A stretch of 64,000 bases of DNA from an uncultured delta proteobacterium (GTDB taxonomy: Bacteria > Desulfobacterota > Binatia > Binatales > Binataceae), in contig CAWEEQ010000004.1 of NCBI GenBank assembly GCA_963808235.1, positions 2,752,001 to 2,816,000 of the forward strand, read 5' to 3'. The position numbers and the translations under genes are program-made. Every line of letters begins with the position of its first letter. The first letter of the stretch is position 1. The notes beneath the pieces are model-generated. The model saw only the letters and a list, made by a program, of their open reading frames with translations, ran no database searches and was not told where the DNA came from. Positions 9,108 through 19,394 of the stretch are shown piece by piece.

Positions 9108-10765
9108 AAGTTCCGCGGGGAAAAACGGCGCCAAATCTGATCGGTGAATTGAGTCAATTCCGGCATCCCAAGTATCCAGGCTCCGGCCAGGTAGAGTCCG
9201 CCGTAAACCGAAAGTACGGTCAGCCCCTGAATTCGCGGTCCGAACCCTGCCATCTCGAGTTTCAGAAAAAATGCGATTGCCGCGGCGCCGATCGCGAGTG
9301 ACCAGAGTTGCGCGAGATAAGAACGGCCAAGGCCCGTCCATCCGACGCGCCGATTCAACGCGAATCGCAACAGCGCAAATTCGACCCATCCCGCAATTCC
9401 TGCTGATACGGTAAGGCCCGCGACGCCCCACTTCTGCGCGATTCCAAGTAGCGGCGGCAACGGAAGCGCGCACAGGTAGCCAAGCACCAGGGTCAGCGCG
9501 ACGCGGATCAGCGCGAACCGAAGCGGCGTGCGGGTATCGAACAGCGCGTAGAAGGCGGAGTTGTAAAGCCGGCCCATCGTGGCGGCAAGCAGTCCGACCC
9601 CGGAACCCGCAAGCACCGCCCAGACGTAGATTGCGTCGGTATGCGTGAACGCCCCCGATTGGTAAATGAGCGCGACGATCACGTCGCCCAGAATCACGAA
9701 CGCCGCCGACGACGGGACCACCAGGAATGCAATTTGGCGCAGCCCCCGATTGAGCCGCGTGCGAAGTATCGCGCTCATCTGCTCGGGCATCGCGCCAGCG
9801 GCACGAGACATTGTGGGCAACTCGGACGCCGCCACCGAGTAGCCGAACAGGCTGATCGGCATCATATAAAGCAACTGCCCGTAATTGAGCGCCGCGACCG
9901 CGCCGGTAGGAAGCAAGCTTGCCAGGATGTTGTCCACGTAGGTGCTCAAGTTGACTACGCCGCGGCTGATCACCACTGGAGTCAGATTGTTGAAGACCGA
10001 TCTCAGCGGAGCGGCGACGCGAGCGAAATCGATGCGATGCTTCCTCAGCAGCGCGAGCGTTTGCGGAACCTGCACCAGAATCTGCAATAGCGAACCGACT
10101 ACCGACGCCCACGAGATCGCGATCGCAAGGCCGTCCTGCGAGCGGCGCGGCCCGTAGTAAAGGAGTGCCGCGATCATCGCGATGTTCCACGCGACTGGCG
10201 CCGTGTAGGAAACCAGGAATTTGTGATGACTGTTCAGTACGCCGAGGAACCACGCCGACATCACCAGCAATCCCGCGCCGGGAAAAAGAATCCGCACGAT
10301 CTGAATCGTCAAGTCGCGCTTGTCGCCCTCGAAGCCGGGCGCGATCACGTCGATCAGATAGGGCGTGACCAGCACGCCGATCGCGACCAGGATCGAGACG
10401 CCCAGCGTCAGGATCGCACCGACGCCCCATGCCAGCATGTCGGCTGTTTCGTCGTCGCCCTCGCCAAGCAGCTTTCCATAAACCGGGATGAACGACGCGG
10501 AGAGGACGCCTTCGCCGAACAGGTTCTGGAGGATGTTGGGAATGCGGAAGCCGGCTTTAAAGGCGTCGGCGGTGGCGGAGTTGCCGAGAAAGTGCGCGAA
10601 GATGCTGTCGCGAATGAGACCGGCGATCCGGCTCAGCAATACGCCTACTGCAATCGTGCCGGCGCTGCTCGCGCCGGAACCGGCAACGGCGACCGTCGCG
10701 GACGAGGCGCGCGTGGATGCGCCCTCTTCTGCGCGGTCCGGGCGATTGGGTGCAATTTCGGACAA
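9104..10765 (-). CDS. murJ: Lipid II flippase MurJ (MviN)
   Basis: LLSRIAGLIRD...ADAFKAGFRIPNILQNLFGEGVLSASFIPVY, many TM segments, FYALFDTRTP; probable TTG start at 10765 after GAGGA (start uncertain). Confidence 0.92.
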   Translation of the reverse strand: MSEIAPNRPDRAEEGASTRASSATVAVAGSGASSAGTIAVGVLLSRIAGLIRDSIFAHFLGNSATADAFKAGFRIPNILQNLFGEGVLSASFIPVYGKLLGEGDDETADMLAWGVGAILTLGVSILVAIGVLVTPYLIDVIAPGFEGDKRDLTIQIVRILFPGAGLLVMSAWFLGVLNSHHKFLVSYTAPVAWNIAMIAALLYYGPRRSQDGLAIAISWASVVGSLLQILVQVPQTLALLRKHRIDFARVAAPLRSVFNNLTPVVISRGVVNLSTYVDNILASLLPTGAVAALNYGQLLYMMPISLFGYSVAASELPTMSRAAGAMPEQMSAILRTRLNRGLRQIAFLVVPSSAAFVILGDVIVALIYQSGAFTHTDAIYVWAVLAGSGVGLLAATMGRLYNSAFYALFDTRTPLRFALIRVALTLVLGYLCALPLPPLLGIAQKWGVAGLTVSAGIAGWVEFALLRFALNRRVGWTGLGRSYLAQLWSLAIGAAAIAFFLKLEMAGFGPRIQGLTVLSVYGGLYLAGAWILGMPELTQFTDQIWRRFSPRNF

Positions 10766-10895
10766 GGTTCCTCTGGCCAAGAAAGTATAGCGACCGACTA
10801 GGGCGGGTAGTAGCGGGCCTCGCGCGCGTGGCAAAAGTGCGCCGTGCGACTTAAGATGAACGGAATCGGCGCGATTCATCCGCGCTACAACTCCG

Positions 10896-11678
10896 ATGGC
10901 ATTTGAAAATATCCGATGCGAGCGAGAGGACGGCGTCGCCACCGTCATGATCGACCGGCCCGACGCGCGCAACGCTCTGAGCAGCGCGACGATCGCCGAG
11001 CTCAACACCGCATTTTCAGAGATCGCCAAAGATAATGACGTTCGCGTCGCCATCTTGCGCGGCGCCGGCGACGTCGCTTTCTGTGCGGGCGCCGATCTGA
11101 AGGAAGTCGCAACGCTCGGCGATTTGCCGGCGCGTCGACGGTACTTCGGCGGAGTCGCCAAGTTGCTCGAGACGATTCATCGAATGCCACAGCCGGTGAT
11201 TGCGCGCGTCGCGGGATTCGCGCTGGCAGGCGGGATGGGCCTCGCGACCGGATGCGACTTCGCGATCGCCGCCGACAATGCTGAGTTCGGATTGCCGGAA
11301 ATCACGCTTGGATTGTTTCCGATGGTCGTGATGGCGCCGATCTTGAGGCTATGCGGACCGCGCGCGGCGGTTGCACTCGCGCTTGGCGGCGAGAGGATCG
11401 ACGCGCGGCGCGCGCTGGACCTCAATCTGATCACGAAGCTCGTGCCGCTGTCGCAACTCGACTCCGAAGTGCGGCGCCTCGCTCGGCGCCTGAAGGGTCA
11501 TAGCGCGTTGGTGATGGCGCTCGGCAAGCAGGCGATCTACAACTCCGCCGCGATGGATTATGTGAGCGCGCTTACTTATCTGAAGGAGATGGTCGCGATG
11601 GTGGCGGGCAGCGAGGACCTTGCCGAGGGCGTGAATGCGTTCTTCGCGAAGCGAGCGCCGGTGTTCAAAGGGCGCTAG
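10896..11678 (+). CDS. Enoyl-CoA hydratase/isomerase family protein
   Basis: RPDARNAL, AFCAGADL, GFALAGG, FGLPEI, FFAKRAPVFKGR. Confidence 0.92.
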   Translation: MAFENIRCEREDGVATVMIDRPDARNALSSATIAELNTAFSEIAKDNDVRVAILRGAGDVAFCAGADLKEVATLGDLPARRRYFGGVAKLLETIHRMPQPVIARVAGFALAGGMGLATGCDFAIAADNAEFGLPEITLGLFPMVVMAPILRLCGPRAAVALALGGERIDARRALDLNLITKLVPLSQLDSEVRRLARRLKGHSALVMALGKQAIYNSAAMDYVSALTYLKEMVAMVAGSEDLAEGVNAFFAKRAPVFKGR

Positions 11679-11687
11679 TATCGTGCT

Positions 11688-12836
11688 GTGAGTTTTTCCC
11701 TCTACGTACATATTCCGTGGTGCCAATCGAAATGCCCGTACTGCGACTTCAATTCGCACGCCGCATCGTCGTGGCCGGAGGGTGATTACACTCACGCGCT
11801 GATTTCTGAGCTGACCCGTCGCGTCGGCGCCGCTCCGTATTCGGGCGAACGTATCAAGACAATCTTCTTTGGCGGCGGCACTCCGTCGTTGTTCGATCCG
11901 AAATCAATCGGCGCGATTATCGATGCCGCGAATCGACTCTGCGGAATCGAATCTGACGCCGAAATCACACTCGAGGCGAATCCGGGCACGGTGGACGCGG
12001 CCAAACTCGCCGGGATGCGTGCGGCTGGAGTGAATCGGATAAGTTTCGGCGCGCAGTCGTTCAATCCCGCGACGCTCAAGTTCCTCGGCCGGATTCATTC
12101 GGCGGATGAAACTCGTGCGGCTGCAAAGATGGCGCATCGCGCAGGTTTCGATCGGCTCAATCTCGACTTGATCTTCGCGGTTCCCGGACAGACCGTCGCC
12201 GACGTTCTCTTCGATATCGAATCCGTGGCGGCGCTCGAGCCCGATCATATCTCGGCCTATAACCTGACCTTCGAGGAAGGCACCGCGTTCTTCACCGATT
12301 TGAAGCGCGGCAAGATCAAGCAGCTCCCGAGTGACGAGCAAGCCGCAATGTATCAAACAGTGCGCGAGGAAATTCCGCAACGCGGCTATCCGATGTACGA
12401 AATCTCGAACTACGCCGCCCCTGGCCATGAAGCGCGGCACAATCTCACTTATTGGCGCGGCGAGAACTATCTCGGAATCGGCGCCGGTGCGCACAGTTTC
12501 GCACGGTCAGAGTCCGGCGGGCGGCGATGGTGGAACGAGAAATTTCCGGCGCGCTACATCGCGGCGATTGAAGAACAATCGATTGCGGAGTCTGGCGCCG
12601 AGACTATCGACGAGGCCACCGCGCAAAGTGAATTCGTGTTCCTGAATCTTCGCCTGCGCAAAGGATTCGCACTCGCCGATTTTCACGCTCGCTTCGGCCG
12701 CAACTTCGAATGCATCTTCGGCAGGGTCGCCACCCCGCTCGTCAACAATGGCCTGCTGACGATCGACCGCGGCCGTATCTCCCTCACCGACCGCGGCCTC
12801 GAAATGGCCGACTCTGTTTTCGCCGAATTCGTTTAG
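11688..12836 (+). CDS. hemW: Radical SAM heme chaperone HemW
   Basis: LYVHIPWCQSKCPYCDFN (CX3CX2C), FFGGGTPS, YEISNYA..HNLTYW (HNxxYW is characteristic of HemW). Confidence 0.9.
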   Translation: MSFSLYVHIPWCQSKCPYCDFNSHAASSWPEGDYTHALISELTRRVGAAPYSGERIKTIFFGGGTPSLFDPKSIGAIIDAANRLCGIESDAEITLEANPGTVDAAKLAGMRAAGVNRISFGAQSFNPATLKFLGRIHSADETRAAAKMAHRAGFDRLNLDLIFAVPGQTVADVLFDIESVAALEPDHISAYNLTFEEGTAFFTDLKRGKIKQLPSDEQAAMYQTVREEIPQRGYPMYEISNYAAPGHEARHNLTYWRGENYLGIGAGAHSFARSESGGRRWWNEKFPARYIAAIEEQSIAESGAETIDEATAQSEFVFLNLRLRKGFALADFHARFGRNFECIFGRVATPLVNNGLLTIDRGRISLTDRGLEMADSVFAEFV

Positions 12837-14458
12837 GCATCGCGCGCGATCGAAGCGTCGAGCAATTCGGCCACGCGTGCAGGAGTCGCGAGCTTGATGA
12901 ATGCGCCCAGGCGCGGGCCGCGCTCCTGGCCGAGGATCGAGCGGTACATCAGCGGGAAGATCTTGCCGGGCTTGTCATAGTTCTCGCGGCCGAGGTCGTA
13001 GATTTTCTTTTCGATCTCTTCGGCGCTCGCGCCAGGATTCGCGGCCAGGTACGTGCGTAGATTTTTCAATTGCTCGCGCTCCGGTTCCGACGGCACATAA
13101 GGTTTCTTGGTCGGCTCGATAAAGTCGCGGTAGAAATTCAAGGTGCATTCCACCAGCGCTCGGCCCATCGCCTCGGTTTCCGGATCGCCCGCGATCGCAG
13201 CGTCGTAGCGGGTCAAATAGTTCCAGATGAAATCGCGATCGTCCGTGCCGAGCGTCGCCACCAGGTTCATCATCATCCCGAAGCTGAGCTCCGAGTTGAA
13301 CCGCCGCGGAGTCGTGCTCTGTAGCACGTATTCGAGCGGCGAGGCGCGCCGCTTTTCCTCCGACGCCGCAGCGTACTCGCGGATTGCGTCGAGGAATTCA
13401 TCTACGTAGGTGGGAATGGAGCCGAGGAAGAGCTTGCGCGCGCGGCGCGGATTCTGCAGCAGGAACATCTTGAGCACTTCGATCGGCGCATAGCGGGTCC
13501 ACTGATCGACCGTCACGCCGCGGCCGACCGACTTCGAAACCTTGTGTCCTTCTTCATCGAGAAACATCTCGAACGGAAAGCCGAGTGGTGGATTTCCGCT
13601 GAGGACCCGCAGAATCTGTCCCGACAGGCGCGCCGAGTCGGTAAGGTCCTTGCCGTAGAGCTCGTAGTCGACCTTGAGCGCGTACCATCGTAGCGCCCAG
13701 TCGACTTTCCATTGCACCTTCGCCATCCCGCCGAGCACGGATTGTTCGCCACTGAAACCGCATCCTGAAGAATCGCCGGCGCTCCTCTCGCAAATGAACT
13801 CAACGGTCGAGCGATCAGGATGATAAGCGGTAACGGCGCGCTCGACGACGAGGCCGCACTTCGGGCAGATCGGCATAAACGGCGACCATCCTGCACGATT
13901 CTCCTCGCGCAAAGTCGGCGTCACGATCGCGATGATCTCGCCATGCCTGGCCAGGATGAGTTTGAGCGCTTCGTCGAAGCTCCCGCTCGCGTACATCTCG
14001 GACGCGCGCATCAGCTCGTACTCGACCTCGATCGGCGCGAGGAATTCGCCGAGCAGACTCACCATGTGCTCGGCGAAACTCGGGTGGCACTCGCCGAACG
14101 GATCGGGAATCTTCGACACCGGCTGGCCCAGATATTGAGAAGTCGTTTCGCGATTCGGAATGTTCTCCGGCACCTTCCGCAGCCCGTCCATGTCATCGAT
14201 AAAGACGACCAGCCGCGACGGCCGTGCGGGCTCGAGCTGCGCGAACGCTTTCTGCACGTAGGCGGGCCGCACGATCTCACACATGGTGCCCAGATGAGGA
14301 AGTCCCGAGGGCCCGAAGCCGCTCTCGAAGACTACCGGCCGCGCCGTCTCATATGATGCGACGCGCTCTGCAAGCCGGCGTGCTTCTTCGCGCGGCCAAA
14401 GCTCCGAGGCTTGCGCATTGGAGCTGCTCGATTTGTCGGACGCACCCGGCATGTTCAA
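12833..14458 (-). CDS. lysS: Lysine--tRNA ligase, class I
   Basis: SGFGPSGLPHLGT (HIGH-like), DDMDGLRKVP, CPKCG, KVQWKVDW, KVSKSVG (KMSKS-like), GQERGPRLG; start at 14458 (TTG) or 14452 (ATG). Confidence 0.93.
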   Translation of the reverse strand: MNMPGASDKSSSSNAQASELWPREEARRLAERVASYETARPVVFESGFGPSGLPHLGTMCEIVRPAYVQKAFAQLEPARPSRLVVFIDDMDGLRKVPENIPNRETTSQYLGQPVSKIPDPFGECHPSFAEHMVSLLGEFLAPIEVEYELMRASEMYASGSFDEALKLILARHGEIIAIVTPTLREENRAGWSPFMPICPKCGLVVERAVTAYHPDRSTVEFICERSAGDSSGCGFSGEQSVLGGMAKVQWKVDWALRWYALKVDYELYGKDLTDSARLSGQILRVLSGNPPLGFPFEMFLDEEGHKVSKSVGRGVTVDQWTRYAPIEVLKMFLLQNPRRARKLFLGSIPTYVDEFLDAIREYAAASEEKRRASPLEYVLQSTTPRRFNSELSFGMMMNLVATLGTDDRDFIWNYLTRYDAAIAGDPETEAMGRALVECTLNFYRDFIEPTKKPYVPSEPEREQLKNLRTYLAANPGASAEEIEKKIYDLGRENYDKPGKIFPLMYRSILGQERGPRLGAFIKLATPARVAELLDASIARDA

Positions 14459-14706
14459 TTGTCCGGCTTATCGGGATTCTTGCCGCGGAGCACGTTGGCG
14501 ACCGCCTCATGAAGCCACGGATCGATTTGCAGGTCGCGATTTTTTTCCGAGGTAACACGCAGCCTAACCGCGCAATTGGCGCAGATAAAGGCCTCCTGGC
14601 GGAAGCCGGCGGCGTCCTCGACCGCCAGCCGGAGCAGCCACTCCGAGAAGGGGCGGCGGCAAATCGCGCAGTTATACCTGGTCGAATGGGAGTCGGAGGA
14701 ATCCAT
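14455..14706 (-). CDS. Small protein with C4 zinc-finger-like motif
   Basis: 83 aa with CAIC...FICANC; stop overlaps the lysS start region. Confidence 0.6.
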   Translation of the reverse strand: MDSSDSHSTRYNCAICRRPFSEWLLRLAVEDAAGFRQEAFICANCAVRLRVTSEKNRDLQIDPWLHEAVANVLRGKNPDKPDN

Positions 14707-14969
14707 ATGGTTGTGATATTCTATATCATTGCCTCAGCTCTTTGCGCTGTGGTATTTCCCCAATCCGATGAAATTTCTGACCAATCGGGCGTACCCGCTG
14801 CGTTGCGCATACTTTCTGACGAGCCTTCCCTACTTTCAGACCGTCGCTCCGCGCGGCGGTGATTTTCGCCTCCAATCCGTTTCGCCCCGAGCCACTCGCG
14901 ATTAAACCGCCCGGAACTTCTTGTGCCCGCCGATGGCGGATACGGAAAAATTCCAATCTTTGATCAGTT

Positions 14970-16016
14970 ATGGATCAGACATTCACCAAGCAGAAAATCA
15001 AGGAGTTGCGCGGGCTGGTCAGCGAAGGCGATCGAGTCGGAATCCTCCTGCAGGATGATCCGGATCCCGATGCGATGTCGAGCGGGATGGCGCTCCGCGC
15101 AGTGCTCGGGCGCAACAAGCAGACCACACCTCTGCTATCGTTCAAGCCCGTCACCCGGCCGGAAAATCGGACGATGGTGCATCTGCTGGAAATCGAAATT
15201 CAGCCGGCCGATACCGAGGGACTGCGCGCGTTCGATAAGATTGCGATGGTCGACGTGCAGCCGCCCTACTTCGGCGAAAAAATCCCCCGCGCCGATATCG
15301 TGATCGATCATCATCCGGGCTACGAGGGCGGCAACGCGCCGTTCGAGGATGTCCGCTCCCGCTATGGTGCGACCGCAACCATCATGACCGAATACCTGGT
15401 CACCGCCGACGAGAAAATCAGCGAGCGGCTGGCGACCGCGCTGCTCTACGGAATCCGCAGCGACACGCTGGCCCTGTCGCGACGCGTCACTGACGACGAT
15501 CTGCAGGCGTTCACCCTGCTCTATCCGCTCGCCAACTACAGCCTGCTCCGCCAGATCGATCGTCCGGAACTGCCGATCAGCTTCGCGCAGATCCTGTCGC
15601 GCGCGATGAAGCGGATGGTGATCGAAGGCGGCTTGGTGGTGCTGAATCTTGGACGCGTCGCGCGCGACGATCTGATCGTGCAGATGGCCGACTTCTGCCT
15701 GCAGTTCGAGGGCGTGACGTGGGTGGCGGTCGCAGGCAAGCTCGGCAACAACCTCGTGATCAGCGTGCGCAACCATGGGATGGGTCGCCAGAATGCGGGC
15801 GAAGCGGTCAAGACTCTGTTCGGCGAGATCGGCAGCGCCGGCGGACATCGCAACATGTCCAAGGCGGTCATTCCTATCCGCGCATGGCGTCGGCGCGAAG
15901 GTAGCGCGCGCGATCTGCCGATCGAATCGCGGCTGCGCGAACTGTTCAGCGCGCAGATTAGCAAGGGTGACAGCGACGAGGCCCGCCCGGCCACGACCGC
16001 GCGCAACGGCAACTGA
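14970..16016 (+). CDS. DHH-family phosphoesterase (NrnA-like)
   Basis: DPDPDA, VDVQ, IDHHP, GIRSDT, AGGH motifs. Confidence 0.9.
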   Translation: MDQTFTKQKIKELRGLVSEGDRVGILLQDDPDPDAMSSGMALRAVLGRNKQTTPLLSFKPVTRPENRTMVHLLEIEIQPADTEGLRAFDKIAMVDVQPPYFGEKIPRADIVIDHHPGYEGGNAPFEDVRSRYGATATIMTEYLVTADEKISERLATALLYGIRSDTLALSRRVTDDDLQAFTLLYPLANYSLLRQIDRPELPISFAQILSRAMKRMVIEGGLVVLNLGRVARDDLIVQMADFCLQFEGVTWVAVAGKLGNNLVISVRNHGMGRQNAGEAVKTLFGEIGSAGGHRNMSKAVIPIRAWRRREGSARDLPIESRLRELFSAQISKGDSDEARPATTARNGN

Positions 16017-16128
16017 CTACTCTGACCTGATTTCACGTTTTCACAGCGCGCGCGTCGCCGCGAATTGGCCGTTTACCGGTTATGCCAATTTCTCTATCGT
16101 AGTTAGTACCCATGCTTGATCTGCTGCG

Positions 16129-17583
16129 ATGAGTCCGATTCGCGCCAAAATCTCCGCGCTCGATTTCCTGGCCCCGATGATCGTCGGCTGCGCACTCTTC
16201 ATGGAGATGCTCGACGCGACGGTCATCTCGACCGCCCTGCCGGCGATGGCCAAGTCGCTGGGCGAGGATCCGATCAAGCTCAATCTCGCGATCACCTCTT
16301 ACCTGCTGAGCCTCGCGGTGTTCATTCCTGTGAGCGGCTGGATGGCGGATCGATTCGGCGCGCGCACCGTCTTCCGTTCCGCGATCGTGATCTTCACGAT
16401 CGGATCGGTGCTGTGCGGACTGTCAAATTCACTGCCGCAGTTGGTCGCCGCGCGTATTTTGCAGGGCTTCGGCGGCGCGATGATGGTTCCGGTCGGCCGT
16501 CTGATCGTTTTGAAAACCATCGCCAAGTCCGAGCTGGTCACCGCGATGTCTTACCTGACCGTGCCCGCAGTGTTGGGACCGGTGGTCGGTCCGCCGCTCG
16601 GCGGGTTCATCGTGACCTACTATTCGTGGCGATGGATTTTCTTCATCAACGTGCCGATCGGTCTCATCGGGTTCATGCTGGTCACCAGGTTCATCGCCAA
16701 TATCCGCGAGGATGATGTCTACCCGCTCGATCTCCCTGGCTTTCTGCTGACCGGCTTTGGGCTCGCCGGGTTGGTCTCCGGCTTCGAGTCGATCGGCCGC
16801 GGCGTTATTCCCGCGAGCATCACCATGTGCGTGATGGCCGTCGGCGGCGTCTGCATGGCGCTGTATATTCTTCACGCTCGGCGCATCGACAATCCGATCA
16901 TCGATCTCAGCTTGCTGAAAATCCCGACCTTCCTGGTCGCGACGCTGGGCGGCGGACTCTTTCGGATGGGGATCGGCGCGTTGCCGTTTCTGCTGGCGAT
17001 GCTTCTGCAAGTCGTCTTCGGCCTCTCCCCGTTCGCGTCGGGAATGCTGACCTTCACCAGCGCCGCCGGCGCCTTGTTCATGAAGGCCACCGCGACCCCG
17101 ATCATCCGCCGCCTCGGCTTCCGCTCGGTGCTGATCTCCAACGGCGTGCTGAGCGCATTCATCATGATGAGCTACGCGCTGTTCCGTCCGACCACCCCTC
17201 ACTTCCTGATCGTGATGGCTCTCCTGTCAGGAGGATTCTTCCGCTCGCTGCAATTCACCGCGCTCGGAACCCTGGCCTATGCTGACGTGCCCAACCCATT
17301 GATGAGCAGCGCCAGCACGCTCTCGAGCATGGCACAGCAACTGTTCCTCAGTCTCGGCGTAGCGCTCGGCGCGATGCTGCTGCATGTGAGCTTGCGCGCT
17401 AGCGGGTCGTCTCATCTGTCGACGCATGATTTCACTCCGGCCTTCGTCGTGATGGGAGTGCTCGCCCTGCTCTCGTCGATCCTTTTCCTCCCGCTGGAGC
17501 GTCACGCGGGCGATGAGGTCAGCGGACGCCGCGCCGGCGTCGAGCTATCTCACGCACCCCAGACAGTCCCGGAAGCGGATTGA
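16129..17583 (+). CDS. MFS drug/H+ antiporter, DHA2 family
   Basis: FMEMLDATVISTALP, GWMADRFGAR, RILQGFGGA, GPPLGG, WRWIFFINVPIG. Confidence 0.92.
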   Translation: MSPIRAKISALDFLAPMIVGCALFMEMLDATVISTALPAMAKSLGEDPIKLNLAITSYLLSLAVFIPVSGWMADRFGARTVFRSAIVIFTIGSVLCGLSNSLPQLVAARILQGFGGAMMVPVGRLIVLKTIAKSELVTAMSYLTVPAVLGPVVGPPLGGFIVTYYSWRWIFFINVPIGLIGFMLVTRFIANIREDDVYPLDLPGFLLTGFGLAGLVSGFESIGRGVIPASITMCVMAVGGVCMALYILHARRIDNPIIDLSLLKIPTFLVATLGGGLFRMGIGALPFLLAMLLQVVFGLSPFASGMLTFTSAAGALFMKATATPIIRRLGFRSVLISNGVLSAFIMMSYALFRPTTPHFLIVMALLSGGFFRSLQFTALGTLAYADVPNPLMSSASTLSSMAQQLFLSLGVALGAMLLHVSLRASGSSHLSTHDFTPAFVVMGVLALLSSILFLPLERHAGDEVSGRRAGVELSHAPQTVPEAD

Positions 17584-17639
17584 TCGCGTCTAAGTCGTTT
17601 ACCGAAGTCGCCGATACATTTATCGTAAGGGTCGTGAAC

Positions 17640-17906
17640 GTGGCGGAGGCGACTGTGGAGGTGAAGAATCGGCTCGGATTGCATCTGAGGGCCGCCTCCG
17701 CACTTGCGCAGACCGCCGCGCGGTTCGCGTCTCAGGTGATGATCGGGCGCGGAAAGAATCTGATCAGCGCCAAAAGTGTGACCGGCTTGATGATGCTCGG
17801 CGCCGCGCAAGGCTCTAAGCTGAAGGTCCGCGCGGAGGGCGCCGACGCGCGCGAGGCTCTCAAGGCCGTCCAGACCCTGTTCGACGACCGCTTCGGCGAG
17901 GAATGA
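17640..17906 (+). CDS. ptsH: Phosphocarrier protein HPr
   Basis: NRLGLHLRAA (His15) and SAKSVTGLMML (Ser46), ending DRFGEE; GTG start at 17640 assumed. Confidence 0.9.
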   Translation: MAEATVEVKNRLGLHLRAASALAQTAARFASQVMIGRGKNLISAKSVTGLMMLGAAQGSKLKVRAEGADAREALKAVQTLFDDRFGEE

Positions 17907-18157
17907 CGGGTGATTTCGAGCGTACTGGGCGCTGCCTTCAGCGCGAGCATCTTGATTCTGTCCGATTGGTCAGTTATACCTTCACTACCTGAAAAACTCG
18001 GCGCGCGCTGCCGTCCTTCGTTAGTTGGCGGGCGCTATTCATTAGACTGCACTTGAATAAACCTGAATCGAAGTCCACAATGTCGCGCCGCCGCTAGAGG
18101 TTGATTCGCCTCTGCGGCGCATCTGCGCGGAGCCCATTTCCAAGGAGACAATCGCGA

Positions 18158-19345
18158 ATGCCGCTTAACGATTTCCTGTTCACGTCTGAGTCCGTCGGCG
18201 AAGGCCATCCGGACAAGATGTGCGACCAGATTTCTGACGCCGTCCTGGACGCCCTGCTCGCCGAGGATCCCGACTCGCGCGTCGCGCTCGAATCGCTCGC
18301 CAAGACCGGACTCATCGTGCTGGCGGGTGAGATCACCAGCCGCGCTCGTCCCGACTATGTGAAAATCGCCCGACAGACCGCGATTGATATTGGCTACAAC
18401 AGCACCGAGGTCGGCTTCGACGGGAAAAGCTGCGCAGTGCTTACCGCGATCGAGCCGCAGTCGGCCGACATCTCGCAGGGCGTCACCGAGGGAGAGGGGC
18501 TGCACAAAGAGCAAGGCGCCGGCGACCAGGGGCTCATGTTCGGTTTCGCGTGCGACGAAACGCCCGAGGTGATGCCGCTGCCGATCGCGATGGCGCATCG
18601 GCTGATGGAAAATCTCGCCAAGCTTCGCCGCAGCGGCAAGTTCGATTTTCTGCGCCCCGACGCCAAGAGCCAGGTCACCGTGCGCTACGTCGATGGGCGC
18701 CCGGTCGAAGTGACCGCGGTCGTTATCTCGACGCAGCATTCACCCGAGGCAAAGTACGAAAAGATCCGCGAGGCGATGATCGAGGAGTTGATCAAAAAGA
18801 CGATTCCGCAACAGTACCTCTCGCGCTCGACGGTGTTTCACGTCAATCCCACCGGCAGCTTCGTAATCGGCGGACCGCATGGCGATTGCGGACTGACTGG
18901 CCGCAAGATAATCGTCGACACCTACGGCGGTTACGGACGTCATGGCGGAGGCGCGTTCTCGGGCAAGGATCCGAGCAAAGTCGATCGCTCGGCGTGCTAC
19001 ATGGCGCGTCACGTCGCGAAAAATGTCGTTGCGGCAGGCCTCGCGACCAAATGCGAAATACAGGTGGCTTACGCAATCGGCGTGGCCGAACCCGTGTCGC
19101 TGTTGATCGATACGTTCGATACCGGCGTGGTTCCCGAGCATAAGCTCTCCGCGACACTGCGCGAGATGTTCGATTTCCGCCCGGCCGGAATAATCAAAAC
19201 GCTTCAGTTGAAGCGTCCGATTTACCGCGCCACTGCTGCCTACGGGCATTTCGGCCGCGATCCTCACGACGGGCTGTTCCCATGGGAGCGCACCGACATG
19301 GCGGAGACGCTGAGAAACGCGTTCGGTCTCAACGGCCGCGGCTAA
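18158..19345 (+). CDS. metK: S-adenosylmethionine synthetase
   Basis: [28 protein letters not shown]; RBS AAGGAG upstream of ATG 18158. Confidence 0.97.
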   Translation: MPLNDFLFTSESVGEGHPDKMCDQISDAVLDALLAEDPDSRVALESLAKTGLIVLAGEITSRARPDYVKIARQTAIDIGYNSTEVGFDGKSCAVLTAIEPQSADISQGVTEGEGLHKEQGAGDQGLMFGFACDETPEVMPLPIAMAHRLMENLAKLRRSGKFDFLRPDAKSQVTVRYVDGRPVEVTAVVISTQHSPEAKYEKIREAMIEELIKKTIPQQYLSRSTVFHVNPTGSFVIGGPHGDCGLTGRKIIVDTYGGYGRHGGGAFSGKDPSKVDRSACYMARHVAKNVVAAGLATKCEIQVAYAIGVAEPVSLLIDTFDTGVVPEHKLSATLREMFDFRPAGIIKTLQLKRPIYRATAAYGHFGRDPHDGLFPWERTDMAETLRNAFGLNGRG

Positions 19346-19394
19346 TCCAGCCGGCGCGCCCTCACCAGAAAAAAGTTTCGGAGTTTTGAATACG

